Below are positions 11,354 to 24,534 of a stretch of 64,000 nt of DNA, one piece after another (position 1 is the first letter of the stretch; every line of letters begins with the position of its first letter). The notes beneath the pieces were generated by a model. The model made no database searches. It worked only from the letters and a program-made list of their open reading frames with translations, and was not told the DNA's origin. The stretch covers positions 21,142,001-21,206,000 of the forward strand of contig NC_086108.1 of the NCBI RefSeq assembly GCF_963921235.1. The letters are read 5' to 3'. This DNA is from Mobula hypostoma (taxonomy: Eukaryota). A program made the position numbers and the translations under genes.

Positions 11354-13748
11354 GAAACATAGAAACATAGAAAATAGGTGCAGGAGTAGGCAATTTGGCC
11401 CTTCAAGCCTGCACCGCCATTCAGTATGGTCATGGCTGATCATCCAACTCAGAATCCTGTACCAACCTTCCTTCCATACCCCCGATCCCTTTAGCCACAA
11501 GGGCCATATCTAACTCCCTCTTAAATATAGCCAATGAACTGGCCTCAACTGTTCCCTGTGGCAGAGAATTCCACAGATTCACCACTCTCTGTGTGAAGAA
11601 GTTTTTCCTAATCTCGGTCCTAAAAGGCTTCCCCTTTATCCTCAAACTGTGACCCCTTGTTCTGGAGTTCCCCAACATTGGAAACAATCTTCCTGCATCT
11701 AGCCTGTCCAATCCCTTTAGGATTTTATACGTTTCAATAAGATTCCCCCTCAATCTTCTAAATTCCAATGAGTATAAGCCTAGTCGATCCAGTCTTTCAT
11801 CATATGAAAGTCCTGCCATCCCAGGAATCAATCTGGTGAACCTTCTTTGTACTCCCTCTATGGCAAGGATGTCTTTCCTCAGATTAGGGGACCAAAACTG
11901 CACACAATACTCCAGGTGTGGTCTCACCAAGGCCTTGTACAACTGCAGTAGTACCTCCCTGCTCCTGTACTCAAATCCTCTTGCTATGAATGCCAGCATA
12001 CCATCCGCCTTTTTCTCTGCCTGCAGTACCTGCATGCCCACTTTCAATGACTGGTGTATAATGACACCCAGGTCTCATTGCACCTCCCCTTTTCCTAATC
12101 GGCCACCATTCAGATAATAATCTGTTTTCCTGTTTTTGCCACCAAAGTGGATAACCTCACATTTATCCACATTAAATTGCATCTGCCATGAATTTGCCCA
12201 CTCACCTAACCTATCCAAGTCACCCTGCATCCGCTTAGCATCCTCCTCACAGCTAACACTGCCGCCCAGCTTTGTGTCATCCGCAGACTTGGAGATGCTG
12301 CATTTAATTCCCTCATCTAAGTCATTAATATATATTGTAAACAACTGGGGTCCCAGAACTGAGCCTTGCGGTACCCCACTAGTCACTGCCTGCCATTCTG
12401 AAAAGGTCCCGTTTATTCCCACTCTTTGCTTCCTGTCTGCCAACCAATTCTCTATCCACATCAATACCTTACCCCCAATACCGTGTGCTTTAAGTTTGCA
12501 CACTGATCTCCTGTGTGGGACCTTGTCAAAAGCCTTTTGAAAATCCAAATATACCACATCCACTGGTTCTCCCCTATCCACTCTACTAGTTACATCCTCA
12601 AAAAATTCTATGAGATTCGTCAGACATGATTTTCCTTTCGCAAATCCATGCTGACTTTGTCCGATCATTTCACCGCTTTCCAAATGTGCTGTTATCACAT
12701 CTTTGATAACTGACTCTAGCATTTTCCCCACCACCGATGTTAGGCTAACTGGTCTATAATTCCCCAGTTTCTCTCTCCCTCCTTTTTTAAAAAGTGGGGT
12801 TACATTAGCCACCCTCCAATCCTCAGGAACTAGTCCAGAATCTAACGAGTTTTGAAAAATTATCACTAATGCATCCACTATTTCTTGGGCTACTTCCTTA
12901 AGCACTCTGGGATGCAGACCATCTGGCCCTGGGGATTTATCTGCCTTTAATCCCTTCAATTTATCTAACCCCACTTCCCTACTAACATGTATTTCCCTCA
13001 GTTCCTCCATCTCACTGGACCCTCTGTCCCCTACTATTTCCGGAAGATTATTTATGTCCTCCTTAGTGAAGACAGAACCAAATTAGTTATTCAATTGGTC
13101 TGCCATGTCCTTGCTCCCCATAATCAATTCACCTGTTTCTGTCTGTAGGGGACCTACATTTGTCTTAACCAATCTTTTTCTTTTCACATATCTATAAAAG
13201 CTTTTACAGTCAGTTTTTATGTTCCCTGCTAGTTTTCTCTCATAATCTTTTTTCCTTTTCCTAATTAAGCCCTTCGTCCTCCTCTGCTGGACTCTGAATT
13301 TCTCCCAGTCCTCAGGTGAGCCGCTTTTTCTGGCTAATTTGTATGCTTCTTCTTTGGAATTGATACTATCCCTAATTTCCCTTGTCAGCCACGGGTGCAC
13401 TACCTTCCCTGATTTATTCTTTTGCCAAACTGGGATGAACAATTGTTGTAGTTCACCCATGCGATCTATAAATGCTTGCCATTGCATATCCACTGTCAAC
13501 CCTTTAAGTGTAATCTGCCAGTCTATCTTAGCTAAATCACGTCTCATACCTTCAAAGTTACCCTTCTTTAAGTTCAGAACCTTTGTTTCTGAATTATCTA
13601 TGTCACTCTCCATCTTAATGAAGAATTCCACCATATTATGGTCACTCTTACCCAAGGGGCCTCTCACAACAAGACTGCTAATTAACCCTTCCTCTTTGCT
13701 CAATACCCAGTCTAGAATAGTCCGCTCTCTAGTTGGTTCCTCGACATG
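11354..13748 (-). mobile_element. Young 5'-truncated CR1 LINE B nested antisense in CR1 A
   Basis: ORFs 13083-13703, 12075-13010 and 11430-12047 share one frame. [29 protein letters not shown]. (CTATGTTT)n 3' tail. Candidate TSD ATGAG (11349-11353, 13746-13750). The host frame resumes GVNE|ELQEYKEC. Confidence 0.93.
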
Positions 13749-15789
13749 AGCTCCAGGAATATAAAGAATGTAAAAAGAATCTTAAGAAAGAAATTAGAAA
13801 TGCTAAAAGAAGATACGAGGTTGCTTTGGCAAGTAAGATGAAAATAAATCCAAAGGGTTTCTACAGTTATATTAATAGCAAAAGGATAGTGAGGGATAAA
13901 ATTGGTCCCTTAGAGAATCAGAGTGGACAGCTATATGTGGAGCCAAAAGAGATGGAGGAGATTTTGAACAATTTCTTTTCTTCAGTATTCACTAAAGAGA
14001 AGGATATTGAATTGTGTAAGATAAGGGAAACAAGTAGGGTAGTTATGGAAACTATGATGATTAAAGAAGAGGAAGTATAGGCGCTTTTAAGGAATATAAA
14101 AGTTGATAAGTCTCCGGGTCCTGACAGGATATTCCCTAGGACCTTGAGGGAAGTTAGTGTGGAAATAGCAGGGGCTCTGACAGAAATATTTCAAATGTCA
14201 TTAGAAATGGGAATGGTGCTGGAGGATTGGCGTATTGCCCATGTTGTTCCATTGTTTATGAAGGGTTCTAAGAGTAAATCTGGCAATTATCGGCCTGTAA
14301 GTTTGACGTCAGTGGTGGGTAAATTAATGGAAAGTATTCTTAGAGATGATATATATATATAAGTATCTGGATAGACAGGGTCTGATTAGGAACAGTCAAC
14401 ATGGATTTGAGCATGAAAGGTCATGTTTGACAAATCTTATTGAATTTTTTGAAGAGGTTACTAGGAAAGTTGGCGAGGGTAAAGCAGTGGATGTTGTCTA
14501 TATGGATTTCAGCAAGGTTTTTGACAAGGTTCCACATGGAAGGTTAGTAAGGTTCAATCATTAGGTATTACTATTGAAGTAGTAAAATGGATTCAGCAGT
14601 GGCTGGATGGGAGATGGCAGAGAGTAGTGGTGGATAACTGTTTGTCAGGTTGGAGGCCGGTGACTAGTGGTGCGCCTCAGGGATCTGTACTGGCTCCAAT
14701 GTTGTTTGTCATATACATTAATGATCTGGATGATGGGGTGATAAATTGGATTAGTAAGTATGCAGATGATACTAAGATAGGTGGTGTTGTGGATAATGAA
14801 TCAGGTTTCAAAGCTTGCAGAGAGATTTAGGCCAGTTAGAAGAGTGGGCTGAAAGATAGCAGATGGAGTTTAATACTGATAAGTGTGAGGTGCTACGTTT
14901 TGGTAGGACTAATCAAAATAAGACATACATGGTAAATGGTAGGGCATTGAAGAATGCAGTAGAACAGAGGGATCTAGGAATAATGGTGCATAGTTCCCTG
15001 AAGGTGGAATCTCATGTGGATAGGGTGGTGAAGAAAGCTTTTGGTACGCTGGCCTTTATAAATCAGAGCATTGAGTATAGGAGTTGGGATGTAATGTTAA
15101 AATTGTACAAGGCATTGGTAAGGCCGCCAAATTTGGAGTACTGTGTACAGTTCTGGTCACTGAAGTATGGGAAAGATGCCAACAAAATTGAGAGTGTACA
15201 GAGAAAATTTACTAGAATGTTGCCTGGGTTTCAGCACCTCAGTTACAGAGAAAGGTTGAACAAGTTAGGTCTTTATTCTTTGGAGCATAGAAGGTTGAGG
15301 GGGGACTTGATAGAGGTATTTAAAATTATGAGGGGGATAGATAGAGTTGACATGGATAGGCTTTTTCTATTGAGAATGGGGGAGATTCAAACAAGACGGC
15401 ATGAGTTGAGAGTTGGGGGCAAAAGTTTAGGGGTAACACGAGGGGGAACTTCTTTACTCAGAGAGTGGTCGCTGTATGGAACAAGCTTTCAGCGGAAGTG
15501 GTACAGGCTGGTTCGATATTGTCATTTAAAGAAAAATTGGATAGGTATATGGACAGGAAAGGAATGGAGGCTGAGTGCAGGTCGGTGGAACTAGGTGAGA
15601 GTAAGCATTCGGCACAGACTAGAAGGGCCGAGATGGCCTGTTTCCGTGCTGTAATTATTATATGTTTATATGGTTATATAACACAATCTACCTTGTTATG
15701 ACCTTGCACCTTATTGCTTGCCTGTACTTTCTCTGTAGCTGTTACACTTTATTCTGCATTGTTACAATTTTAAGCTGTTGTACTTCAAT

Positions 15790-16045
15790 GTTGTTGTTAA
15801 GCCATCACCCCTACTGGGGCATAGCTGCCGATGGCAGCTCACCAGAGTCCTCTGTCCTGGGCCAGCCTTCCAAGTTGTCTCCAGGTGAAGCCCATCTTTG
15901 AAGACCCTTCCTCTCTCAGTGATGAGGTCTTTGGAGCTTCTGTTGGTGTTTGTGCAGCTGTAGGTCTTCATGAGATAAAGTCGCTAGCCCCATGCCCAAC
16001 CTCCTCCTTTTGCAGCCGGGCTTAGGACGATCCACGACAGAGTTC
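15790..16045 (-). mobile_element. Short RTE-related non-autonomous element inserted in a Rex1-type 3' tail (~15685-16155)
   Basis: Minus strand has an RTE-like 5' segment CCTAAGCCCGGCTGCAAAAGGAGGAGGTTGGGCATGGGGCTAGCGAC and a 3' end CTATGCCCCAGTAGGGGTGATGGCTTAACAACAAC. The flanks join into a tail like 2470-2690. Confidence 0.5.
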
Positions 16046-16285
16046 TCTACCTCAGTGCACTGGGTAATAATGATTTTTATGGACAGTATGCAATAAAATG
16101 CTTTGCACTGTATCTTGGTATGTGTGAAAATAATAAACCAATTCCAGTTCAGCTCCAATACTTTACTAATGTCCTTCAGGAAAGGAAATCAGCTATCCAT
16201 ACTGGTCTGACCCAAACGTGACTCCAGATTCTACCAATGAGTCTGCTTTTAATTACTTCTCGATTCAGGGAGAAATACAAATGTA

Positions 16286-17889
16286 CAAACCCCATTTCCA
16301 GAAAAGTTGGGATATCTTCCAAAATGCAATAAAAACGAAAGTCTGTGATATGTTAATTCACATGAACCTTTATTTAACTGACAAAGATACAAAGAAAAGA
16401 TTTTCAGTAGTTTTACTGACCAACTTAATTGTATTTTGTAAATATATACAAATTTAGAATTTGATGGCTACCGCACACTCAACAAAAGTTGGGACAGAGT
16501 TAAAATAAGATTGAAAAGTGCACAGAATATTCAAGTCACACCGGTCTGGAAGACTCCACATTAAGCAGGCTAATTGGTAGCAGGTGAGGTATCATGACTG
16601 GGTATAAAAATAGCGTCCATCAAAGGCCCAGTCTTTGCAAGCAAGGATGGGTTGTGGCTCACCCCTTTGTGCCAAAATCCGTGAGAGAATTGTTAGTCAG
16701 TTGAAAGGGAACATTTCTCAACGCAAGATTGCAGAGAATTTAGGTCTTTCAACATCTTCAGTACATAATATTGTGAAAAGATTCAGAGAATTCAGAGACA
16801 TCTCAGTGCGTAAAGGGTAAGGTCGGAAACCACTGTTGAATGCGCGTGATCTTCGAGCCCTCAGGCGGCACTGCCTCAGAAACCATCATGCTACTGTGAC
16901 AATTATAGCCACCTGGGCTCGGGAGTACTTCGGAAAACCATTGTCACTCAACACAGTCCATCGCTGCATCCAAAAATGCAACTTGAAACTGTATTACGCA
17001 AGGAGGAAGCCATACATCAACTCTATGCAGAAACACCAGTGAGTTCTCTGGGCCTGAGCTCATCTTAGATGGACCGAAAGACGGTGGAACCGTGTGCTGT
17101 GGTCAGATGAGTCCACATTTCAGCTAGTTTTCGGAAAAAACGGGCGTCGAGTTCTCCGTGCCAAAGATGAAAACCACCATCCAGATTGTTATCAGCGAAA
17201 GGTGCAAAAGCCAGCATCTGTGATGGTATGGGGGTGCATCAGTGCCCACGGCATGGGTGAGTTGCATGTATGTGAAGGTAGCATTGACTCTGAGGCGTAT
17301 ATTAGGATTTTAGAGAGACATATGTTGCCATCAAGGCGACGTCTCTTCCCGGGACATCCATGCTTATTTCAGCAGGACAATGCCAGACCACATTCTGCAC
17401 GGGCTACAACAGCATGGCTTTGTAGACACAGAGTGCGTGTGCTTGATTGGTCTGCTGCCAGTTCAGATCTATCTCCTATTTAAAATGTGGGGCGCATCAT
17501 GAAGAGGAGAATCAGACAACGGAGACCACGGACTGTGGTGCAGCTGAAGTCTTATATCAAGCAAGAATGGACAAAATTTCCAATTACAATTCTATTACAA
17601 TTAGTATCCTCAGTTTCAAAACGATTAAAAAGTGTTATTAAAAGGAAAGGTGATGTAACACAATGGTAAACATGCCTCTGTCCCAACTTTTGTTGAGTGT
17701 GTTGCAGCCATCAAATTCTAAATTTGTGTATGTTTACAAAATACAATTAAGTTGGTCAGTAAAACTATTGAATTTTTTTTCTTTGTACTTTTGTCAGTTA
17801 AATAAAGGTTCATGTAAATTAACATATCACAGATTTTTGTTTTTATTGCATTTTGGAAAATATCCCAACTTTTCTGGAAATGGGGTTTG
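16286..17889 (+). mobile_element. Full-length Tc1 transposon with IR/DR-type long TIRs
   Basis: TA TSDs (16284-85, 17890-91). TIR CAAACCCCATTTCCAGAAAAGTTGGGATAT is mirrored at the right end. Inner repeat CAACAAAAGTTGGGACAGAG at ~16480 is mirrored at ~17676. Confidence 0.96.
16647..17669 (+). pseudogene. Tc1 DD34E transposase, 340 codons, four in-frame stops and no frameshift
   Basis: WSDES, VMVWGC, FQQDNARPH, DLSPI*N; 34 residues between D2 and the E position. Stops at 16818, 17040, 17055 and 17481. Confidence 0.94.
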
Positions 17890-18299
17890 TATATATCGCA
17901 TGACTGAATAAGTCACATAAATGCCATGTATTCTTTCTTTCTTTCTTTTTATCTCTCTCTCTCTAAAATTCCAGTTGAAATTAGTGACCACCAGTTGTCA
18001 TTTAGCATGCCATTTTCCATTCAGAATTAGCCTTTGAAACATTTGGAGAAAATTTGCATTTGATGCATAACAGGGCACTTGATAACTTCTTAAAACAAGA
18101 AAAACTCTTTCATATCTGGCCTCAATTTATACTTACATAATTTCTGTTTCCAAATACCCCCAGCCTGTGTAATTCTAGTAATCGAATCGCACAGAACTCA
18201 TTTAGTTCCTCTATTACTTTAACAGTGTTTATTGTTATCACTAAACCAGACAGAGATAGGGTGGATCTTATGACTCACTGCTAACAGTCTGTTCTACTG

Positions 18300-18795
18300 T
18301 AATTTGAATTGACTTTATTTTTCACATCCTTCACTCTTTATGTTACCTCTCCATCTAAATGTGCCATGTGCAATCATAGTAATTTATAATAATTTATTAT
18401 AAATAGAACAGTTAATGTGATATAGAGTACACTCAAATTAGCATGAGTTCAAGAGTCTGATGGCCTGGTGAAAGAAGCTGTCCTGGAGCCTGTTGGTCCT
18501 GGCTTTTATGCTGCGGTACTGTTTCCTGGATGGTAGCAGCTGAAATAGATTGTGGTTGGGATGACTTGAGTCCCCAGCGATCCTATGGGCCCTTTTCTCA
18601 CACCTGTCCTTGTAAATGTCCTGAATCATGGGAAGTTCAAAACTCCAGATGCGCTGGGCTGTCCGCACCACTCTCTGCAGAGTCCTGCGATTAAGAGAGG
18701 TACAGTTCCCATACCAGGCACTGATGCAGCCAGTCAGGATGCTCTCAATTGTGCCCCTGTAGAAAGTTCTGAGGATCTGGGGGCCCATACAAAAC
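18300..18795 (-). mobile_element. Rex1/Babar LINE 3' fragment, same subfamily as 5225-7950
   Basis: MGPQILRTFYRGTIESILTGCISAWYGNC...; closely similar to 7468-7950, including the AATAAAGTCAATTCAA tail. Confidence 0.88.
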
Positions 18796-18819
18796 CTTTT
18801 TTTTGTAAACTTGTTCCAG

Positions 18820-21800
18820 GTTATTTCTTCAGCGGTTTGATAGGGGCACGACTGCGCAAGCGCATGGACATCAGCAAGTAAGAACAGTCGGAGTAGAGGG
18901 AGACAAAGTAGGAAGGCTTTGGCTCAATGGGGCTTCAGCAATAACTGGTCGAGGCGAGGTAGGTTATCTGTGTAGAATACAGACAGAAAGTTTGTGTGTG
19001 AGGCCGGTTTTCTGTGCTTGGTTTCGGATGTGGGAAGTCCGGGGACCGTGTTAGGGAACTGGAGATGCAGCTCGGTGACTTTCATCTGGTCAGGGAGAGT
19101 GAGGAAGTGTAGAGAGGAGCTATAGGCAGGTGGTCACACCAGGGCCTGGGGAGACAGAAAAGTGGATAACAGTCAGGAGAGGGAAGGGGAAGAGTCAGGT
19201 ACTAGAGAGTACCCCTGTGACTGTACCCCTTAACAATAAGTACTCTTGCTTGAGTACTGTTAGAGGGGACAGCCTACCTGGGGGAAACAACAGTGGCTGT
19301 GCCTCTGGCACAGAGTCTGACCCTGTGACTCAGAAGGGTAGGGAAAGGAAGAGGATGGCAGCAGTGATAGGAGACTCTATAGTTAGGGGGTTAGACAGGC
19401 AATTCTGTGGACTCAGGAAAGAAACACAGATGGTAGTTTTCCTTCCAGGTGTCCGGGATGTTTCTGATCGCATCCACAATATCTTGAAGTGGGAAGGAGA
19501 ACAGCCAGAGGTCATGGTGCATATTGGTACCAAAGACATAGGTAGGAAAAGGGAGGAGGTCCTGAAAGCAGACTACAGGGAGTCAGAAAAGAAGTTGAGA
19601 AGCAGTACCTCAAAGGTAGTAATCTCGGGATTACTGCCTGTGCCATGTGACAGTGAGTTTCAGTATAGAATGAAGCGGAGGATAAATGCGTGGCTGAGGG
19701 ATTGGTGCAGTGGGCAGGGATTCAGATTTCTGGATCATTGGGACCTCTTTTGGGGTAGGTGTGACCTGTACAAAAAAGACAAGTTGCACTTGAGTCCCAG
19801 GGAGACCAATATCCTCGGGGGGGGGGGGAGGTTTGCTAAGGCTATTGGCAAGAGTTTAAATTAGAATTGCTGGGGGTGGGAACCAAAGGGAGGTTGGCTC
19901 ACAAATAGAGAAAGCTTGGAGATAGTGCGAAAGGGAGGATAGGCAGGTGATAGAAAAGGGATGTGCTCAGACTGATGGTTTGAGATGTGTCTATTTTAAT
20001 GCGAGGAGTATTATGAACAAAGCGGATGAGCTTAGAGCGTGGATCAACACTTGGAGCTATGATGTTGTGGCCATTACAGAAACTTGGATGGTGCAGGGGC
20101 AGGGATGGCTACTTCAAGTGCCAGGCTTAAGATGTTTCAGGAAGGACAGGGAGGGAGGCAAAAGAGGTGGGGGCATGGCACAGTTGATGAGAGATAGTGT
20201 CACGGCTGCAGAAAAGGAGGAAGCCATGGAGGGGTTGACTACAGGGTCTCTGTGGGTGGAAGTCAGGAATAGGATGGGGTTAATAACTCTACAGGGTGTT
20301 TTTAATAAACCACCCAATAGTAACAGGGACATCGAGCAGCAGATTGGGAGACAGATTCTGCAAAGGTGTAATAATGACAGGGTTGTTGTGGTGGGAGATT
20401 TTATTTTCCCAAATATTGATTGGCGTCTCTGTAGAGTGAGGGGTTTAGATGGGGTGGAGTTTGTTAGGTGTGTTCAGGAAGGTCTCTTGACACAATATGT
20501 AGATAAGCCTACAAGAGGAGAGGCTGTACTTGACCTGATATTGGGAAATGAACTGGGTCAGTTGTCAGGTCACTCAGTGGGAGAGCATTTTAGAGATAGT
20601 GATCACAATTCTATCTCCTTTACCACAGCATTAGAGAGGGATAGGAACAAACAAGTTAGGGAAACATTTAATTGGAGTAAAGGGAAATATGAGGCTGTCA
20701 GGCAGGAACTGGAAGCATAAATTGGAAACAGATGTTCTCAGGGAAATGTACGGAAGAAATGTGGCAAACGTTCAGGGAATATTTGTGTGAGGTTCTGCAT
20801 AGGTACATTCCAATGAGACAGGGAAAGGATGGTAGGGTACAGAAACCGTGGTGTACAAAGGCTATTGTAAATCTAGTCAAGAAGAAAAGAAGAGCTTATG
20901 AAAGGTTCAAAAAACTAGGTAATGATGGAGATATAGAAGATTATAGGCAAGCAGGAAGGAGCTTAAGAATGAAATTAGTAGAGCCAGAAGGGGCTATGAG
21001 AAGGCCTTGGCGGACAGGATTACGGAAAACTCCAAGGCATTCTACAAGTACGTGAAGAGCAAAAGGATAAAATGTGAGAGAATAGGACCAATCAAGTGTG
21101 ATAGTGGAAAAGTGTGTATGGAACTGCAAGAGATGGCAGAGGTACTTAATGAATACTTGGCTTCAGTATTCACTATGGAAAAGGATCTTGGTGATTGTAA
21201 AGATAACTTGCAGTGGATTGAAAAGCTTGAGCCTGTAGATATTAAGGAAGAGGATGTACTGGATCTTTTGGAAAGCATCAAGTTGGATAAGTCACCGAGA
21301 CTGGACGGAATGTACCCCAGGCTACTGTGGGAAGCGAGGGAGGAGATTGCTGAGCCTCTGGCGATGATCTTTGCATCATCAATGAGGACGGGAGAGGTTC
21401 CGGAGGATTAGAGGTTTGCGGATGTTGTGCCCTTATTCAAGAAAGGGACTAGAGATAGCGCAGGAAATTTTAGACCTGTGAGTCTTGCTTCAGTAAGTTG
21501 ATGGAGAAGATCCTGAGAGACAGGATTTATGAGCATCTGGAGAGGCATAATATGAATAGGAATAGTCAGCATGGCTTTGTCAAAGGCAGGTCGTGCCTTA
21601 CGAGCCTTACGAGCCTGATTGAATTTTTTGAGGACATGACTAAACACATTGATGAAGGCAGAGCCATAAATGTAGTGTATATGGATTTCAGCAAGGCATT
21701 TGATAAGGTACCTTGGAACCAGATAAGGTACCAAGGCATTTGCAAGGCTTATTGAGAAAGTAAGGAAGCATGGGATCCAAGGGGACCTTGCTTTGTGAAT

Positions 21801-22848
21801 CTAGAACTGGCTTGCCCACAGAAGGCAAAGAGTGGTTGTAGATGGGTCACATTCTGCATGGAGGTCAGTGACTAGTGGTGTGCCTCAGGGATCTGTTCTG
21901 GGACCCCTACTCTTCGTGATTTTTATAAATGACCTGGATGAGGAAGTGGAAGGATGGGTTAGTAAATTTGCTGATGACACAAAAGTTGGGTGTGTTGTGG
22001 ATGGTGTGGAGGGCTGTCAGAGGTTACAGCGGGACATTGATAGGAAGCAAAACTGGGCTGAGAAGTGGCAGATGGAGTTCAACCCAGATAAGTGTGAAGT
22101 AGGTCAAATATGATGGCAGAATATAGCATTAATGGTAAGACTCTTGGCAGTGTGAAGAATCAGAGGGATCTTGGGGTCCAAGTCCATAGGATACTCAAAG
22201 CTGCTACGCAGGTTGACTCTGTGGTTAAGAAGGCATACGGTGCATTGGCTTTCATCAACTGTGGGATTGAGTTTAAGAGCTGAGAAGTAATGCTGCAGCT
22301 ATATGGGACACTGGTCAGACCCCACTTGGAGTACTGTGCTTAGTTCTGGTCGCCTCACTATAGGAAGGACATGGAAACCATAGAAAGGATGCAGGGGAGA
22401 TTTACAAGGGTGTTTCCTGGATTGGGGAGCATGCCTTATGAGAATAGGTTGAGTGAACTCAGCCTTTTCTCCTTGGAGCGACGGATGATGAGAGGTGACC
22501 TGATAGGGGTATACAAGATAGTGAGAGGCATTGATCATGTGGATAGTCAGAGGCTTTTTCCCAGCGCTGAAATGACTAACATGAGAGGGCATAGTTTTCA
22601 GGTGTTTGGAGCAGGTACAGAGATGTCAGGGGTAAGTTTTTTACACAGAGAGTGTTGAGTGTGTGGAATGGACTGCCGGTGGCGCTGGTGGAGGCGGAAA
22701 CGATAAGGTCATTTAAGAGGATCCTGGATAGGTATATGAAGCTTAGAAAAATAGAGGGCTATGGGTAACCCTTGGTAAGGACATGCTCAGCACAGCTTTG
22801 TGGGCTGAAGGGCCTGTATTGTGCTGCAGGCTTTCTATGTCTCTATGA
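18820..22848 (+). mobile_element. Near-full-length CR1 LINE C, decayed
   Basis: 5' UTR shared with CR1 A. ORF1 esterase (GDSIVRG, VHIGT, DKLHL; 19130-19864), endonuclease (19947-20720: YFNARS, ITETW, SDHN), RT ([24 protein letters not shown]) and tail TTTCTATGTCTCTATG. Confidence 0.93.
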
Positions 22849-23014
22849 CCCCTTTATCTCTGATTATATATTTTAGATGAAGGTGTAATATACATGAAAT
22901 TATTTGTGAACAAAATTGCTGCTTAACAGACATTATTTCCTTAATAATTGTTTCATGTGTCCAATTGTATTTTTAGCTAATACAGTGGTTTTACGGAATC
23001 TTTCTATGAGAATG

Positions 23015-24000
23015 GAACATAGAACAATACAGCACAGGAGCAAGCCTTTCAGCCCACTGACCATAATACCATACCATATAGGAGCAGAATTCGGCCATTT
23101 TGCTTATTGGTGGTTTCTCCATTTCCCCCTTAACTACAATCTCCTGCCTTCTCTCCATAGTCATTCAAGCCCTGACTAATCAAGAATCTATCAACCTCTG
23201 CCTTAAATACACCCTGTGACTTGACCTGCACCACTGCCTATGGCAACAAATTCTACAGATTCACCACTCTCTGGACAAAGAAATTTCTCTTCATCCCTGT
23301 TCTAAAAGGCACCTCTCTCTTCTGATGCTGTGTCCTCTGGTCTTGGATGCCCCACTGTAGGAAGCATTCTCTACAAATCCGCTCAATCAAGGCATTTCAA
23401 GATTCAATAGGTTTCCATGAGGGAAGGTTTCTCATTCTTCTGAATTCCAGCAGACATGGGCCCAGAGCCATCAAAAGCTCCTCATATGGTAAGCCTTTCA
23501 ATCCTGGAATCAATTTTGCGAACCTCCTTTGAACCCTTTCTAATGTCAGCATATCCCTTTTTGGATAAGGGGCCCAAACTGCTCACAATACTCCTAGGGA
23601 GGCCTCACCAGTGCCTTATAAAGCCTCAATATTACATCCTTGCTTTTATATTCTTGTACTCTCAAAATTAATGCTAACATTGCATTTGCCTTTCTCACCA
23701 CCAACTCAACCTGCAAATTAACCTTTAGGGAATCCTGCATGATGACTCCAAAGTCCTTGTGCACCTCAGATTTTTGTATTTTCTCTCCACTTAGAAAATA
23801 GTCTGCATTTTTATTTCTTCTACCAAAGTGCATGACCATATGCTTCCTGACACTGTATTCCATCTGCCACTTCTTTGCCCATTCCCCTAATGTGTGTCTC
23901 TACTTCCTCAGAACTACCTGCCCCTGCACCTGTCTTCGGATCATCCACAAAATTGGCCACAAAGCCATGAATTCTATCATCCAAGTCATTGACATATAAC
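23015..24000 (-). mobile_element. CR1 LINE 3' portion, decayed
   Basis: YVNDLDDRIHGFVANFVDD, VMHFGRRN and LYKALVRP on the minus strand, with the 3' UTR near 23015-23200. Confidence 0.8.
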
Positions 24001-24009
24001 ATAAATTCA

Positions 24010-24465
24010 TGAAATTCATTATTTTTAAGCAGCAGTACAATGCAAATCATAAAAAGTACTATGTTATAAACATAAATAAATAGAGTAAAAGAGGAATAAC
24101 AAGGAAGTTCCTGGGTTCATGGCCCATTCTGAAATCTGATGGCAGAGGGGAAGAAGCCGTTCCTAAAACATTAAGTGTGGGTCTTCCCTGATGGTATATT
24201 GTAAAGAGATCATGTCTTGGATTATGAGAGCACTTAATTATAGATGTTGCCTTTTTGCAGTATCACCTCCTGAAGATCTTCTGGATTGTGGGGAGCATTG
24301 AGCCTCTGATGAAGCTGCTGACTCTGCAACCCTCTGCTGCCACTTTTGACTCTGTGCTTTGGAGCCTTCCCATCCACTGTGATGTGAATGTTCTCCACTG
24401 TACACCTGCAGAAATTTACAATAGTTTTTGATAGCATACCAAATCTCCTCAAATTCCTAATGAAG
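24010..24465 (-). mobile_element. Rex1/Babar LINE 3' fragment
   Basis: FIRNLRRFGMLSKTIVNFCRCTVENI on the minus strand. Confidence 0.7.
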
Positions 24466-24534
24466 CCTGAGAAAGAGTAACATCCTCGCAGACAGACATG
24501 TTGAAGATCTGTAAATCCTGTATGACAAAAAAGC

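Larger units (their letters stand above)
9500..15680 (+). mobile_element. Near-full-length CR1 LINE A, decayed, with an internal deletion near 11218 and a nested insertion at 11354-13748
   Basis: GC-rich 5' UTR, ORF1, endonuclease (YFNARSI, ISETWL, GVYYRPP), RT (VYMDFSKVFDKVPH, GAPQGSVL, YADD ~14758), C-terminus and an AT-rich repeat tail. Confidence 0.92.

Noticed and set aside
12075..13010. Functional reverse transcriptase gene
   Set aside because: It belongs to a 5'-truncated CR1, is bounded by nonsense codons, and has SADD at the catalytic motif.
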